From an uncultured Candidatus Saccharibacteria bacterium (GTDB taxonomy: Bacteria; Patescibacteriota; Saccharimonadia; Saccharimonadales; AWTP1-31), in NCBI GenBank assembly GCA_937903325.1, contig CALCZR010000060.1, forward strand, positions 210,404 through 274,403: a stretch of 64,000 bases of DNA. The letters are read 5' to 3'. A program made the translations under genes and the position numbers. Numbering within the stretch: position 1 is the stretch's first letter; each line of letters begins with the position of its first letter. Below the pieces are notes generated by a model that did no database searches, was not told the origin of the DNA, and saw only the letters and a list, made by a program, of their open reading frames with translations. This document shows positions 63,500-64,000 of this stretch, in pieces.

Positions 63500-64000
63500 T
63501 GCTTCCGTCTTTGGATAGTTCAGTCAGTACCCCCTTCCCTCACAAACTTCTAGGTAAGTGGACGGTTGTGGTGTTGGAAAAAGGGACTTGCTGCTACCGT
63601 GCGGGAGAAGCGTTTGCCACTTCTGCATTCAAAGAAAAACCTACCCTACTCCAAGCACCTAGTTTTGAAAAAGCCATGGAGCTAGCAGCTGCCGATAAAC
63701 ATATCCTTCTTTTGCCTCACATCCACAAACTTACAGGAGACGTGGAGACCAGCCACCAGTGGGAGTCTATGGGCGACTACATATTTAGACTCAACAACCC
63801 TCCACTTTACCTTGCCCGTAATTCCTCAGTAACAAATGGGCATTACGCTTCTATTGAGCGCCTTAGGGCACTAATAAACCCAAGTGACCACGGCATAAGC
63901 GACTGGGTTAATGTTGATAGCACCCAAGAAGCAGCTCGTGCATGCGCCAATGGCGACTCTGCGTTTTGCATAACCAATGAGTATGGAATTAAGTACCACG
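63499..64000 (+). CDS. hypothetical protein, 3' end beyond window
   Basis: Hand-translated frame stays open from the ATG at 63499 (TAATG overlap with the DUF2000 stop) to the window end: MLPSLDSSVSTPFPHKLLGKW... Not in the ORF track because it has no stop. Confidence 0.5.
   Translation, partial: MLPSLDSSVSTPFPHKLLGKWTVVVLEKGTCCYRAGEAFATSAFKEKPTLLQAPSFEKAMELAAADKHILLLPHIHKLTGDVETSHQWESMGDYIFRLNNPPLYLARNSSVTNGHYASIERLRALINPSDHGISDWVNVDSTQEAARACANGDSAFCITNEYGIKYH

Overview
Gene-dense 64-kb chromosomal window with about 75 protein genes, 4 tRNAs, no rRNA and no CRISPR array. The gene content includes compact HrcA and TilS, FtsH, LepA, DnaK/DnaJ/GrpE, MurA/MurB/MurJ, Tgt/QueA, FolA/FolC/GlyA and three Nudix genes. 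It also includes many secreted Ig-like/CBM/beta-helix/cohesin/dockerin proteins and an LAETG sorting signal, and stop codons are standard. Together this suggests a small-genome Patescibacteria/CPR bacterium, probably Saccharibacteria-like; this is inference only, with no search run. GC hand-counted on single 60-nt lines ranges from 37 to 62 percent, with housekeeping genes near 45-50 percent.

Main observations:
1. A large serine recombinase gene runs into tRNA-Lys at the left edge, marking an integrated-element boundary.
2. MurA is fused to an N-terminal XRE helix-turn-helix. A perfect 16-bp palindrome abuts its promoter, and a second XRE gene sits head-to-head with murB.
3. The hrcA-grpE / dnaK / dnaJ heat-shock genes are split by a 6-kb block of surface-protein genes and by two small genes. 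Four CIRCE-like operators are present. At hrcA and dnaJ the CIRCE arms themselves look like -35/-10 boxes of leaderless promoters.
4. A dockerin-like protein and a membrane-anchored cohesin protein are adjacent and translationally coupled (TAATG).
5. A processive GT2 (QxxRW) lies next to a GH16 and a giant 3xCBM-3xIg-CE4 deacetylase protein.
6. A 93-bp direct repeat (85/93 identical) starts in the 3' end of tRNA-fMet and brackets a two-gene AKR + SDR cassette. The SDR has FxxxK instead of YxxxK.
7. Several unannotated micro-ORFs have good ribosome-binding sites. There are also toxin-like genes (Doc/AbrB pair, PIN, orphan PD-(D/E)XK-like) and a tRNA-Met-linked block of uncharacterised genes.

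I found no single unambiguous new multi-gene system. The items above are ranked candidates. All family assignments come from motif recognition by eye.
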